Positions 1-8,523 of a stretch of 64,000 bases of DNA are shown in pieces. The position numbers were made by a program, and so were the translations under genes. Source of the stretch: Synergistaceae bacterium (GTDB taxonomy: Bacteria; Synergistota; Synergistia; Synergistales; Aminobacteriaceae); NCBI GenBank assembly GCA_017448375.1, contig JAFSLR010000313.1, positions 2,873 to 66,872 of the forward strand, given 5' to 3'. Within the stretch, counting starts at the first letter, position 1, and every line of letters begins with the position of its first letter. The notes under the pieces are model-generated. The model was given only the letters and a program-made list of their open reading frames with translations. It was not told the DNA's origin and did no database searches.

Positions 1-1098
1 GTTGCAGAAGGGACAAGCTCCGTTGTCGGGATTGATATAGTCCATTCCGCAAGTATCACAATGAAGCGAAATATCATTAGCCCGTGCGAGTTCCAATGCC
101 CATTCACTCATAGAAGGCCGCGAAAGGTAGTTATCTCTGCCTTCCTGACAAAACGTTTGCTGAAATAAGTCCCTCAGTTCCGAAGTCAGGACAAAATCAA
201 GCCGTAAAAATTCGCCTTTATTGCTGTCGTCTTCAGTGTCCGCAACATAGGCAAGCGTTCCTCCCGATAAATTAGCATCAGCGTTATCATAGCTGTCATC
301 TTCGTCAGCCATTGCGTAGTATTTCCTGCCCTTGAACGGGTGAAGACCGGCTAACTGCTTGAAGAGGCACACGGCGAATGTATAAACATCAGAGCCGAAA
401 GAATTACCGCTTCCGTTGCGTTCTTCTTCAGGGACATTCTGAGCAAATTCCTGATCAAATAAAACGATTTCAGGAGCGGCAAGTCCAGGAGTGTAACAGA
501 TTGATTTAAGCGTATTCGATTCATAATCGAGGTTGTCTGCATCAATAAGCCATACATGACAAAATTCTTTGCTGTTGGATATAAAGACATTGTTCTGTGA
601 ATAATCGCAATAGACAAGCCCAACCGAATGAAGCTGTGCAAGAAGCGCGGAACTCTTCATGAATGCCTCCAGCCTCCTTCGTTCACCGCCTGAAGATATA
701 TAATCTGAGAAAAAGCCATTGCATTTCTCATCGTGTTTCTTCGTGAATGGAGTCGTAACACGTTCTTCGGGAGCAACAGGCTCATCAAAAGCGGACTTAA
801 ACGAGATCATGTCTGACATCATGGTCATAACGTAGCCCGAGTAATCTTTCAATGTAGCTTGGGGCATTGTAATATGCAGCCCATAGGGGATTGGGAGAAA
901 TCGCAGGGTCATGTATTTATCATTCTCTGTTGGAGGAACCAGTTCATCGTCAGCAAGCTCAAATTTTACAACGACGTTGGGAACATTAGTTCTGAACACA
1001 ACACCCTGACCTCCTCGTGAAATTTCACCGTTAAGCCTGTGAGTATGCCCATAGCTGTCAGTACAAACTGAAATTCTTTCAATATCAGTTATCATCAT
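1..1098 (-). CDS. Hanks-type Ser/Thr protein kinase with C-terminal zinc ribbon (TerY-P triad kinase-like); partial, 3' end beyond left edge
   Basis: Absent from the ORF track because there is no stop in the window. My minus-strand translation from ATG 1098 reads MMITDIERISVCTDSYGHTHRLNGEISRGGQGVVFRT.. It shows a Gly-rich loop (GGQGVV), VVVKF, a catalytic-loop-like VYCDYSQNNVFI, LIDADN (DFG-equivalent) and CDTCG..CPFCN at the window edge. It is open for all 366 codons. Its ATG overlaps the PP2C stop (ATGA at 1098-1095). Confidence 0.8.
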   Translation of the reverse strand, partial: MMITDIERISVCTDSYGHTHRLNGEISRGGQGVVFRTNVPNVVVKFELADDELVPPTENDKYMTLRFLPIPYGLHITMPQATLKDYSGYVMTMMSDMISFKSAFDEPVAPEERVTTPFTKKHDEKCNGFFSDYISSGGERRRLEAFMKSSALLAQLHSVGLVYCDYSQNNVFISNSKEFCHVWLIDADNLDYESNTLKSICYTPGLAAPEIVLFDQEFAQNVPEEERNGSGNSFGSDVYTFAVCLFKQLAGLHPFKGRKYYAMADEDDSYDNADANLSGGTLAYVADTEDDSNKGEFLRLDFVLTSELRDLFQQTFCQEGRDNYLSRPSMSEWALELARANDISLHCDTCGMDYINPDNGACPFCN

Positions 1099-1790
1099 TC
1101 TTCTTCCTCCTCCTCTCCCAAAGCAAATGCTATTGTCTTGTCATCGCTTCCGTCCCAGTCTTTTAGCCATGATGCAATAATCTCCTCTATTTCGTCGGAT
1201 GAGAGTTTGGCATATTCCCTAAAGAATCCACAGGCGAAGTCGGCATATCTGAACACGGTATCCTGATCCAGTCCAACGCCGTCAGAGCTGAGGTATATGC
1301 CTCGAAAACGCTTGAAGTTTCGTGATAATACCTTCCAGTTCTCAAGGCATAACTCTTTATCCATTGCGTAGGTATAGTTACTGAAACCTTCTTCTTTCTC
1401 GTCAAGAGTTACTGCGTAGACATCATCGGCAAGAACGACTGCAACGCCATCACCGAGGTGAAATATAGTGAACCTGTCATTCTTCGCGATCACGAACAGA
1501 GCAGTACAGGCACATTCATTGACATCAAGGCCACGAAGTTTTTTAAGCCAGCGTATATTCAGCTTCTCAAGGAAATCTTTTGCATCATCAATTTCGCAGA
1601 GACTCTCGAACGTTAATTCAACTACAGATTCACACAAAGCCCTTGAACCGAAATGAGAGAGTTTGCAGCTTCCTACCCCGTCAGACAACACAATTACAAG
1701 CCCGGCCGGACTATTTACAGCGCAGAAATAATCCTGATTGACAGTATGATAAGAACCTTGAACGGATATTCCGCCGACCTTCAACTTCAT
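1095..1790 (-). CDS. PP2C-family Ser/Thr phosphatase
   Basis: ORF track 1095..1829. Motifs VIVLSDGVGS, HLGDG and LSSDGVG fit PP2C/SpoIIE-type phosphatases. The internal ATG at 1790 forms an ATGA overlap with the upstream stop (1787-1789), so 1790 is the preferred start. Confidence 0.75.
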   Translation of the reverse strand: MKLKVGGISVQGSYHTVNQDYFCAVNSPAGLVIVLSDGVGSCKLSHFGSRALCESVVELTFESLCEIDDAKDFLEKLNIRWLKKLRGLDVNECACTALFVIAKNDRFTIFHLGDGVAVVLADDVYAVTLDEKEEGFSNYTYAMDKELCLENWKVLSRNFKRFRGIYLSSDGVGLDQDTVFRYADFACGFFREYAKLSSDEIEEIIASWLKDWDGSDDKTIAFALGEEEEEE

Positions 1791-2266
1791 TGAAAACCTC
1801 CGTTGCACGAATAAAAGTCTCTGAAGCATATTTCAAACAAAGCAGCAAGGACATTTACGCACTTGAAGCAATAGTGATTCGGAGCTGCAATTTGAGTAAG
1901 AACGCTAACATCTGAATCTGCACCGACAGCAACAGGAACAAGCGCGGATTTTTTAGCGCACAGGATGTCGTCGATATTCTCAGGGTCAAACAAACCGTCG
2001 CTCAACAACAGAAATCTTGAGTTTTCTTCCGAGTCCTCTATAAATTCCTCAAGCGATGAGACATTTACGCTGTCATAGAACTTTATTTCGTCTGGGCTGT
2101 TAGCTTCCACAAGGCTGTCAGACCACGTGAAGCACTTCATCTTACAATCAGCATATTTTGCTTTTGAAGCAGCACTCATAATTGAACGGACTGTGTTGCG
2201 CTGTAAATTAGCCTTTCCGTCTGACTTGAAGCCCGCTGATGTGTCAACGATCAGATTCACCAGCAT
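1787..2266 (-). CDS. Small vWA-like protein with degenerate MIDAS (DTSAG)
   Basis: 159-aa ORF. LIVDTSAG.., FLLLSDGLFDPENI and VPVAVGADSDVSVLTQIA follow the vWA/TerY strand pattern, but the DxSxS motif is degenerate. Confidence 0.5.
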   Translation of the reverse strand: MLVNLIVDTSAGFKSDGKANLQRNTVRSIMSAASKAKYADCKMKCFTWSDSLVEANSPDEIKFYDSVNVSSLEEFIEDSEENSRFLLLSDGLFDPENIDDILCAKKSALVPVAVGADSDVSVLTQIAAPNHYCFKCVNVLAALFEICFRDFYSCNGGFQ

Positions 2267-2268
2267 TG

Positions 2269-2979
2269 TTAGTCATCGTCTTCGTCGTCATCATGGCGGG
2301 TTGGACGCTTCACTGTGGTTGATATGTCTCTTTTGACTGTAGGCTGTGCGTCAATAGTCTTGGCCTTATCGTGGCTCTTTGAGATGGACAGCGCAACATT
2401 CTTGAAAGCGTCAGCAATCGAACTTACGTCCTGAGCATAGAAGATCATTGCCCGGTCTCCTGTGAATCTTTCCATCATGTTGACATCTGCTCCTGTACCT
2501 ATTGGGACACCTATGCGGATACACTTTGCGGTTCTTCCGTTATTGATGAAATCCTGAAGGGGACGCTGCCATTCATCATTCGGTGCGCCGTCAGAAACAA
2601 CTACAACTGCAGGGCAATACCACTTGCCGGGGGTAGTTGACTTATCCTCGATGAGAGTTTTTGCCTTCTTCAGTGCATCACCGAGCGGGGTCATTCCATT
2701 GGCATTAAAGTGCGGAATACCGTTAGCCTGAAGATCAGGCGCATCTGTGTATGTCAGATGGAGATTCGCGTTATCTCCGCCGAAGGTGATAATTGCAACC
2801 TTAATCATCTTCTCGCGTGTTCTCTGAGCAGCAAAGGAGTTCACCATTTCGGTAACTGCGTCATGAAGAGCCTTGATAGGTTCACCGTCCATACTTCCAC
2901 TCACATCGAGAAGCAGTATCACAGGATAATAGCGGACTTCGTTATTCCTGAATCCTTCCTGAAAACCAGCCATTTTCAC
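2269..2979 (-). CDS. von Willebrand factor A (TerY-like) protein, paralog 2, acidic C-terminal tail
   Basis: 236-aa ORF with MIDAS motif LLLDVSGSMDGEPI, VVVSDGAPND and tail HDDDEDDD. An AGGAG lies upstream. The start is either GTG at 2979 or ATG at 2973. Confidence 0.85.
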   Translation of the reverse strand: MKMAGFQEGFRNNEVRYYPVILLLDVSGSMDGEPIKALHDAVTEMVNSFAAQRTREKMIKVAIITFGGDNANLHLTYTDAPDLQANGIPHFNANGMTPLGDALKKAKTLIEDKSTTPGKWYCPAVVVVSDGAPNDEWQRPLQDFINNGRTAKCIRIGVPIGTGADVNMMERFTGDRAMIFYAQDVSSIADAFKNVALSISKSHDKAKTIDAQPTVKRDISTTVKRPTRHDDDEDDD

Positions 2980-2999
2980 TCACACTCCTAATTAGATAT

Positions 3000-3704
3000 T
3001 TATTCATCATCGCCATCATCATCGTGCCTGACAGGACGTTTTACTGTAGTCGCAATACTCCTCTTTACTGTAGGGACAGAATGTTTGCTGCCGGTAGAAG
3101 TTTTACTTATAACTTCCGACACTTCTCTAAAGATTTTAGCGAGTGAGTTTACATTTTCTGCATGAAATATCATAGAGCTTTCTCCAGTGAAACGCAACAT
3201 CATATCTTCGTCAGCTTTCGAGCCTATGGGGACTCCAACTCTGAAACACTTTGCAGTGCGTCCGGTTTGAACAAAGTTATTCAGAGCCTTTTCCCATCCT
3301 GATGCGGGGCGTCCGTCCGAGACAAGCACAACAGAAGGAATATACCATTTGCCCGATGTCTTAGCTTTATCCTCTATCATGTCCTTTGCAACCGTAAGTG
3401 CCTCGTAAAGCAATGTACCTCCTCCAGCCTTCAGTTCGGGAACTCCGCGCTTTTGAAGTTCTGCGGCATCCGTGTAAGGAGTATGGACAACTGCACCATC
3501 AGCACCGAAAGTAATTATTGCGATCTTGAACATATTTCCAAGTCCCATTTCCTGCGCGAAGGTCTCAACCATAACACCAACAGCCTCATGAAGTATCCTT
3601 ATCGGTTCACCTCTCATGCTTCCGCTCACGTCGAGAAGAAGTATCACGGGATAATAGCGAACTTCGTTATTCCTGAATCCTTCCTGAAAACCGGCCATTT
3701 TCAC
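3000..3704 (-). CDS. von Willebrand factor A (TerY-like) protein, paralog 1, acidic C-terminal tail
   Basis: 234-aa ORF. The first 30 residues are identical to the 2269..2979 product (MKMAGFQEGFRNNEVRYYPVILLLDVSGSM). It also has VLVSDGRPAS and tail HDDDGDDE. Confidence 0.85.
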   Translation of the reverse strand: MKMAGFQEGFRNNEVRYYPVILLLDVSGSMRGEPIRILHEAVGVMVETFAQEMGLGNMFKIAIITFGADGAVVHTPYTDAAELQKRGVPELKAGGGTLLYEALTVAKDMIEDKAKTSGKWYIPSVVLVSDGRPASGWEKALNNFVQTGRTAKCFRVGVPIGSKADEDMMLRFTGESSMIFHAENVNSLAKIFREVSEVISKTSTGSKHSVPTVKRSIATTVKRPVRHDDDGDDE

Positions 3705-3722
3705 TCACACTCCTATAAATAT

Positions 3723-4742
3723 TCACCTGCAGACAAGGGAACTTGGGACTTTCTCTGTTATATTGCCTTCAGAATCTGTCTCAGTCTCGTAGCTTTCAAC
3801 TGTTATCTCGCAGTCGTGATCTTTGTTTTCATCGAACATGTAGCGTGAGAGCGGATCAATCAGATAACTCTCAACAATGTTACCGATCCCTCTTCCGCCG
3901 TTTGCGAGATTCTCAAGAGAACGTTCAAGTAACCTATCTCTCACCGTCTCACTTATGTTCAGCGTGATATTCATATTCTGCCTTATCGCCGAACAAATAT
4001 TAGCGAGTTGTGTATCAAGAATCTCTCTCGCTGTTTCAGGACGTATGAAATCAAAGACCACTATATTTTCTCCGAGCCTGTTAAGAATCTCAGGCCTGCC
4101 TATCCTGTGGAAGAAGTTCACGATTCCCTGCCTGACCTTTTTCTGCACCGCCTCATAGTTATCGCTCTGATCGACAAATTCACGGCGTTCACCGTTTTCA
4201 TCTATTTCTGAAATTCCGAGATTACTGGTGAAAATAATTATAGCCTCAGAAAAATACACAGTGTTTCCCTGACCGTCAGTCATGCGTCCATCTTCAAGTA
4301 TCTGCAGGAACTTATCGAGAATAGTTACGTGAGCTTTCTCTATCTCATCAAACAGCAGTATTGAAAACGGATTCTTCTTGACGGCATTAGTGAGCTGCCC
4401 TCCAACCTCATAGCCGACATATCCGGGAGGTGCTCCTAAAAGCCTTTGGTCGCTGTGAGGCTGTCCGTATTCGCTCATATCAAAGCGTATGCAGCTGTTC
4501 TCATCGCCGAATATCTTCTCCGCAAGAGTTTTTGCTGTTTCCGTTTTTCCCGTTCCTGTCGGGCCTGCAAAAAACAGAACACCTTTAGGCTTTCCGTGTG
4601 ATGATGCTCTGATTCCTGCCATGCCGGTAACTGCACGTTTTACTATGTCCAGAGTTTTTATGACCGCCTGATCCTGCCCTTTACACGCCTGCGGAAATCT
4701 GGAAGGGCACTCTTCAATTTTGACTTGTCGAAGTCGCGCCAT
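3723..4742 (-). CDS. ClpA/ClpB D2-type AAA+ ATPase module, probably the C-terminal half of one frameshifted ~630-aa gene
   Basis: Walker A GPTGTGKTE, Walker B ILLFDEIEKAH, IIIFTSNLG, GAPPGYVGY and the GQDQAV motif typical of Clp D2 domains. It overlaps the upstream ORF by 85 nt in another frame. Confidence 0.8.
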   Translation of the reverse strand: MARLRQVKIEECPSRFPQACKGQDQAVIKTLDIVKRAVTGMAGIRASSHGKPKGVLFFAGPTGTGKTETAKTLAEKIFGDENSCIRFDMSEYGQPHSDQRLLGAPPGYVGYEVGGQLTNAVKKNPFSILLFDEIEKAHVTILDKFLQILEDGRMTDGQGNTVYFSEAIIIFTSNLGISEIDENGERREFVDQSDNYEAVQKKVRQGIVNFFHRIGRPEILNRLGENIVVFDFIRPETAREILDTQLANICSAIRQNMNITLNISETVRDRLLERSLENLANGGRGIGNIVESYLIDPLSRYMFDENKDHDCEITVESYETETDSEGNITEKVPSSLVCR

Positions 4743-5602
4743 GGGTTATCCTTTATGCCGAACTTGTAGAGGTCAACAACATCACATAGATCTCGAATCG
4801 ATGTCTCCTCAGAACGGCACATTGCTCGAAGACTCCCCAGTTCGCGGAAACTGAAGCCCTCAGTAAGTGCGGTAAATCGGTCAAGAAGTTTATCCAACTC
4901 ATTTTGCGAGAAGAGTTCTCGTTCTGCCTCCCATATCTCTGCTGTGAAGAAACCCTCTATATTATTCTCTATGTATACTCTACGCTCATCCCTGGAGGGT
5001 GGAAGAATGTTAATTATCTTCAGGCAGGGATTATCATGAAAGAACCAGCTCGGTAAATCGTTAGTCTTGTTGGTGATGATGATTAAGATATTTCTGAGGA
5101 CGTCACCGCTGTCAGAACGCGCCTGTGAAGCATTCAGTGCCGCCTGATGAAGAAGGTTGTAACAGTCAACAGCTCTCTGCTCCAAATGCTGAGGGTCAGC
5201 AATATATCTTGAGGCAAAGTTCATGATCACAACCGAGGGCATTCTGTTTTGCGACAAACTGCGCTGTATTGACTGTACAGCGTCATTTTTCGTGAACGGA
5301 CTGTCTATTGCATCAGAGTTTCCATCAGAGCGAAGACCGACGAGTTCGGCGAAGACCTGAAGATATTTCTCATACGGTTCACAATGATTGTAGAAGCCCC
5401 TTACAGAATCATAAAATACTATGCTTTTGTACCCCTGTTCCTTAAAGTAGAAATGAAGATATTGCTGTAAGTCGACAATGGAATCTCCTGAATAGCTGTG
5501 ATACAAATCGAAGATGTCCCCTTCGAGAATAATGAGGGGCTTAATTTTGCTGAAGATGTCAAGCTCACGCGTCCAGTTGCTTTTACTATCGTTCATTACC
5601 AT
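4658..5602 (-). CDS. Degenerate AAA+-like module (no Walker A), probably the N-terminal half of the same ATPase gene
   Basis: 314-aa ORF. VVIMNF (Walker B-like), IIITNKTNDLP (sensor-1-like), ILPPSRDERRVYI and TEGFSFRELGSL (lid-like) resemble an inactive AAA domain. It ends ..FRRRVKG just where the other frame continues GQDQAV. Confidence 0.55.
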   Translation of the reverse strand: MVMNDSKSNWTRELDIFSKIKPLIILEGDIFDLYHSYSGDSIVDLQQYLHFYFKEQGYKSIVFYDSVRGFYNHCEPYEKYLQVFAELVGLRSDGNSDAIDSPFTKNDAVQSIQRSLSQNRMPSVVIMNFASRYIADPQHLEQRAVDCYNLLHQAALNASQARSDSGDVLRNILIIITNKTNDLPSWFFHDNPCLKIINILPPSRDERRVYIENNIEGFFTAEIWEAERELFSQNELDKLLDRFTALTEGFSFRELGSLRAMCRSEETSIRDLCDVVDLYKFGIKDNPWRDFDKSKLKSALPDFRRRVKGRIRRS

Positions 5603-6201
5603 ATTGTCAGCCCTTTCTGTTTTAGTCGTGTTTCAAGTTCCTGATGATACCCCGGCCTGTGAATACCGACAGAAGCTACACCCGTTGGTGTGGTGAAATT
5701 CTGAATTACATTATGCCACTCATTGAGGTAATCACTATACAAATCTTGATATTCCTTTTTGAGAAAGATAATGTTCTGATTGCTTGATCCTCTTAGGGCT
5801 TCGCCGTTATTACTTGCCTCGATATAAGGCCCGTCAATCAACACAGCTATATACTTCATAAGCTCAGGGTATTTACGCAGGAGTTCATCGTATTCATAAC
5901 CGGTATACACGAGGACATCACGGGATATTCGGTTAAGTTCTGGCAGCAGTTCCATCAATGCGTCAGGCTGATAGAATGGGTCGCCTCCAGAAAGAGTGAA
6001 GCCGTCTACTCTATATTTCACCGTGATATTGCTGACTATCTTCAAGAGACTCTGAAGTGTTATGCTTGTGCTGTCAGGCTGAGTCCAAAGTTCAGGGTTA
6101 CTGCACCCTTCGCAATGGTGCTCACAGCCGGCAAACCATATGCCTAGACGCTCACCTGGCCCAAGAGTCTTGACCGGATAAAGAATACGGGCAATAAACA
6201 T
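5596..6201 (-). CDS. Radical SAM activase, NrdG-like (anaerobic RNR-activating-enzyme family)
   Basis: 201-aa ORF with cluster motif GCEHHCEGCSNPELW (CxxxCxxC) and TLSGGDPFYQP. Start and stop overlap both neighbours (6201, 5596-5602). Confidence 0.75.
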   Translation of the reverse strand: MFIARILYPVKTLGPGERLGIWFAGCEHHCEGCSNPELWTQPDSTSITLQSLLKIVSNITVKYRVDGFTLSGGDPFYQPDALMELLPELNRISRDVLVYTGYEYDELLRKYPELMKYIAVLIDGPYIEASNNGEALRGSSNQNIIFLKKEYQDLYSDYLNEWHNVIQNFTTPTGVASVGIHRPGYHQELETRLKQKGLTIW

Positions 6202-7085
6202 CAGCGAAGTTCTACCCTGAAGAACGCCGCATTATTCCCGCTGGAGTCCTTCTTACTATCCCCGAGACTTAAGATGTCGCCGTCGGACAGCTCCCTCACT
6301 TCTCCGTTACGAACTTTCCTGCCGTTCACGTATGTATGATTCTGTGAGCCGAGATCCTGAACAGTCATAACTCCGTCAGAGAAGTTAATTTCCGCGTGTT
6401 TTCTACTTACCCAGACCATAGACTGAAGATGTTCATTCATTACATTTTGACGGCCAACTATGATTTTCCCAGGCTTAACCTCATAACTGTATGTGCCGTC
6501 ATCTGACAGAAGGCGGGCATATGCAGCTTTATGTTTTACTTGCGGTTCTGGAGCTTTTACATTCTCGGGGTTATGGTTACTGGGTTGTGGCTCAGGAGCT
6601 TCCTGTGAACGCTTGAGAATTTCGGCCTCTGCTTCTTGACGGGACATTATGTTGGTGGGAGCATGGCATTTCTCACACAAGCGGCTTGTTACAGGGTTAA
6701 TGTAATTGCAGTCAAGGTTCGAGCATAATCTGACCGCCTTACCTTGCGATGACGGCTGCTCTGGTTCCGGCGGTTTTGAAGGTGATTGTTCTTCAGTATC
6801 CTTAGCAGATTGTAACTTCTTCAGTTCTTCTTCTACTTTATCCGCTGGAATAGCTGGGACAGAACCTAGGTCAGCACCGCACGGACAAGCCACAGATTTT
6901 GCGGAGTTCACCGTAAAACATACAGGACAAATCTTTTTCTTTTCAGGAGATTTTGGTGTATCTTTCGGAACATTTCCGTCTTGAACTTTCATTACGCTGC
7001 TTAGGTCTTCTCCGCATGATTTGCAGTTATTGCGGTTACCCTTGTTCTTTAAGCCGCATTTCGGGCAATATTTCACCAAGTCCAT
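6201..7085 (-). CDS. Triple zinc-ribbon + C-terminal FHA domain protein
   Basis: CPKCG..CKSCG, CPVC..CPCG and CSNLDC..CEKCH ribbons, a PE-rich linker, then FHA signature IIVGRQ..VSRKHAEI..VQDLGSQNHTYVNGRKV..GDILSLG. Confidence 0.8.
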   Translation of the reverse strand: MDLVKYCPKCGLKNKGNRNNCKSCGEDLSSVMKVQDGNVPKDTPKSPEKKKICPVCFTVNSAKSVACPCGADLGSVPAIPADKVEEELKKLQSAKDTEEQSPSKPPEPEQPSSQGKAVRLCSNLDCNYINPVTSRLCEKCHAPTNIMSRQEAEAEILKRSQEAPEPQPSNHNPENVKAPEPQVKHKAAYARLLSDDGTYSYEVKPGKIIVGRQNVMNEHLQSMVWVSRKHAEINFSDGVMTVQDLGSQNHTYVNGRKVRNGEVRELSDGDILSLGDSKKDSSGNNAAFFRVELR

Positions 7086-7101
7086 AAACCTTTATTCTCC
7101 T

Positions 7102-8253
7102 TTACGAAATACTCAAGCTCTCAGAAGCACTCGTGAAATTATTGTTACGCTCTGAGGCAAGAACCTTCACATCACGCTGCATTTTATATTCTTCAATCAA
7201 GAACGATGGAGCATAAGCACCATTTGGCGGCTGTCGTGTAATTGAACAAGTTATGCCTTTTACTGCTATATCCTCCTCGAATTTATGAGCCTTTGCACAA
7301 AAAGACCGCTGGTGATTCTCAAGGACAATGGGCATTTCATCATAAAGCGGGTATTCTTCACAGGAACTTGAACTTCTGAGCGCGCCTATCTCTATTGAAA
7401 TTTGTCCGTTATCCTGATAGATAACACTAGCTGCGACACCGTCATCATCAATCTGATAAAGTTCTTCGGTAAAAGACAGGCCTGACGGAACGGTCATTTT
7501 ACGCGATCCAATGACTTTATAACCCATGCTTGCCATTTCCTCGTTCATCGTGTTGTGTATGTATTGACGCTTACTGTCAGTATATGCGCGCTCTTCGAGA
7601 GAACTTATCAATTCGGTTAAAGTTGCCTCCGCGTTCTCATCAAACAGCACTTCCTTACATTCAACACCAACCATCTCAGCTGAAGCTCTATACTTATCAA
7701 CAAGCGACAGATATGTTTCAAAGCGTTCATGATATTTTCTGCACTTGTTGACGAATGGAACCAGTACTAATGAATCAAACCGGTCAACATCGTCAATACT
7801 GTTCAGCGATGTAATTTCAAGCTCCAGACTTTCAGCCTCACTATGCAATTCATCTGAGAGGTTTAAGCCGTAGACTTCAGATAAAAAGTTCTGAAGCTGT
7901 TTAACTCTCTCGTCGAGCTGAAGTTGTTGCTGCCGCTGTGCTCTTAGGCGTTTTGTTTCATCAGCCCTTTGCTGCATAATTAGTTCTTCCTGTCTTTGCC
8001 GGGCTTCACGGAGCTGACGTGTCTCTTCGGCTTTTTGGTTCTGCTCACGGATCTTGCGTGCAAGTTCTTCGGCCTCTTGCTTTCTGCGAGCTTCTTCTTT
8101 TCTGCGAATCTCTTCAGCTTCACGTATCCTTCTAGCTTCTTCTCTGGCTTTACGTTCTCTTTCCTGAGCTTCACGCTGTTCTTGTTTTCTGCGGCGCTCT
8201 TCTTCCTGACGTTTTTTGCGTTCTCTCTCTCGTCTGCGCCTTTTTTCCTGCAA
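7102..8253 (-). CDS. ERK-rich coiled-coil protein with uncharacterised C-terminal domain
   Basis: 383-aa ORF from a TTG start. About 110 aa of E/R/K/Q low-complexity heptad-like sequence is followed by a globular part. The frame stays open upstream to 8352. GGAGG at 8361-8365 sits 8 nt before an in-frame ATT (8352-8350), so the true start is uncertain. Confidence 0.6.
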   Translation of the reverse strand: MQEKRRRRERERKKRQEEERRRKQEQREAQERERKAREEARRIREAEEIRRKEEARRKQEAEELARKIREQNQKAEETRQLREARQRQEELIMQQRADETKRLRAQRQQQLQLDERVKQLQNFLSEVYGLNLSDELHSEAESLELEITSLNSIDDVDRFDSLVLVPFVNKCRKYHERFETYLSLVDKYRASAEMVGVECKEVLFDENAEATLTELISSLEERAYTDSKRQYIHNTMNEEMASMGYKVIGSRKMTVPSGLSFTEELYQIDDDGVAASVIYQDNGQISIEIGALRSSSSCEEYPLYDEMPIVLENHQRSFCAKAHKFEEDIAVKGITCSITRQPPNGAYAPSFLIEEYKMQRDVKVLASERNNNFTSASESLSIS

Positions 8254-8523
8254 GAGACGGCGTTTTTGTTCCTGGCGCTGGTGATTCCTCTGCCTCAGAG
8301 AAACTTCAAGATAAACATCAACATCGAAATATCCATCAAAAGGCGAACTAATTCAAAACACCTCCATAACATGAAATTTTTTATAATTATTACACGCAGA
8401 AAGGATAGAAACAACAGTAATTAACGTGTGCGTTTGAAAATAAACAGTATACTGAAAGTAGAAATTGATATAAAATAATAAAAACTTTACGCAAAAACTA
8501 ACTACGTAATAACTTTTGCAAAA

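Noticed and set aside
351-641. 96-aa ORF in the track on the minus strand
   Set aside because: It lies wholly inside the 366-codon kinase reading frame (a different frame of the same strand), and its sequence has no recognisable features. The kinase frame carries clear motifs.
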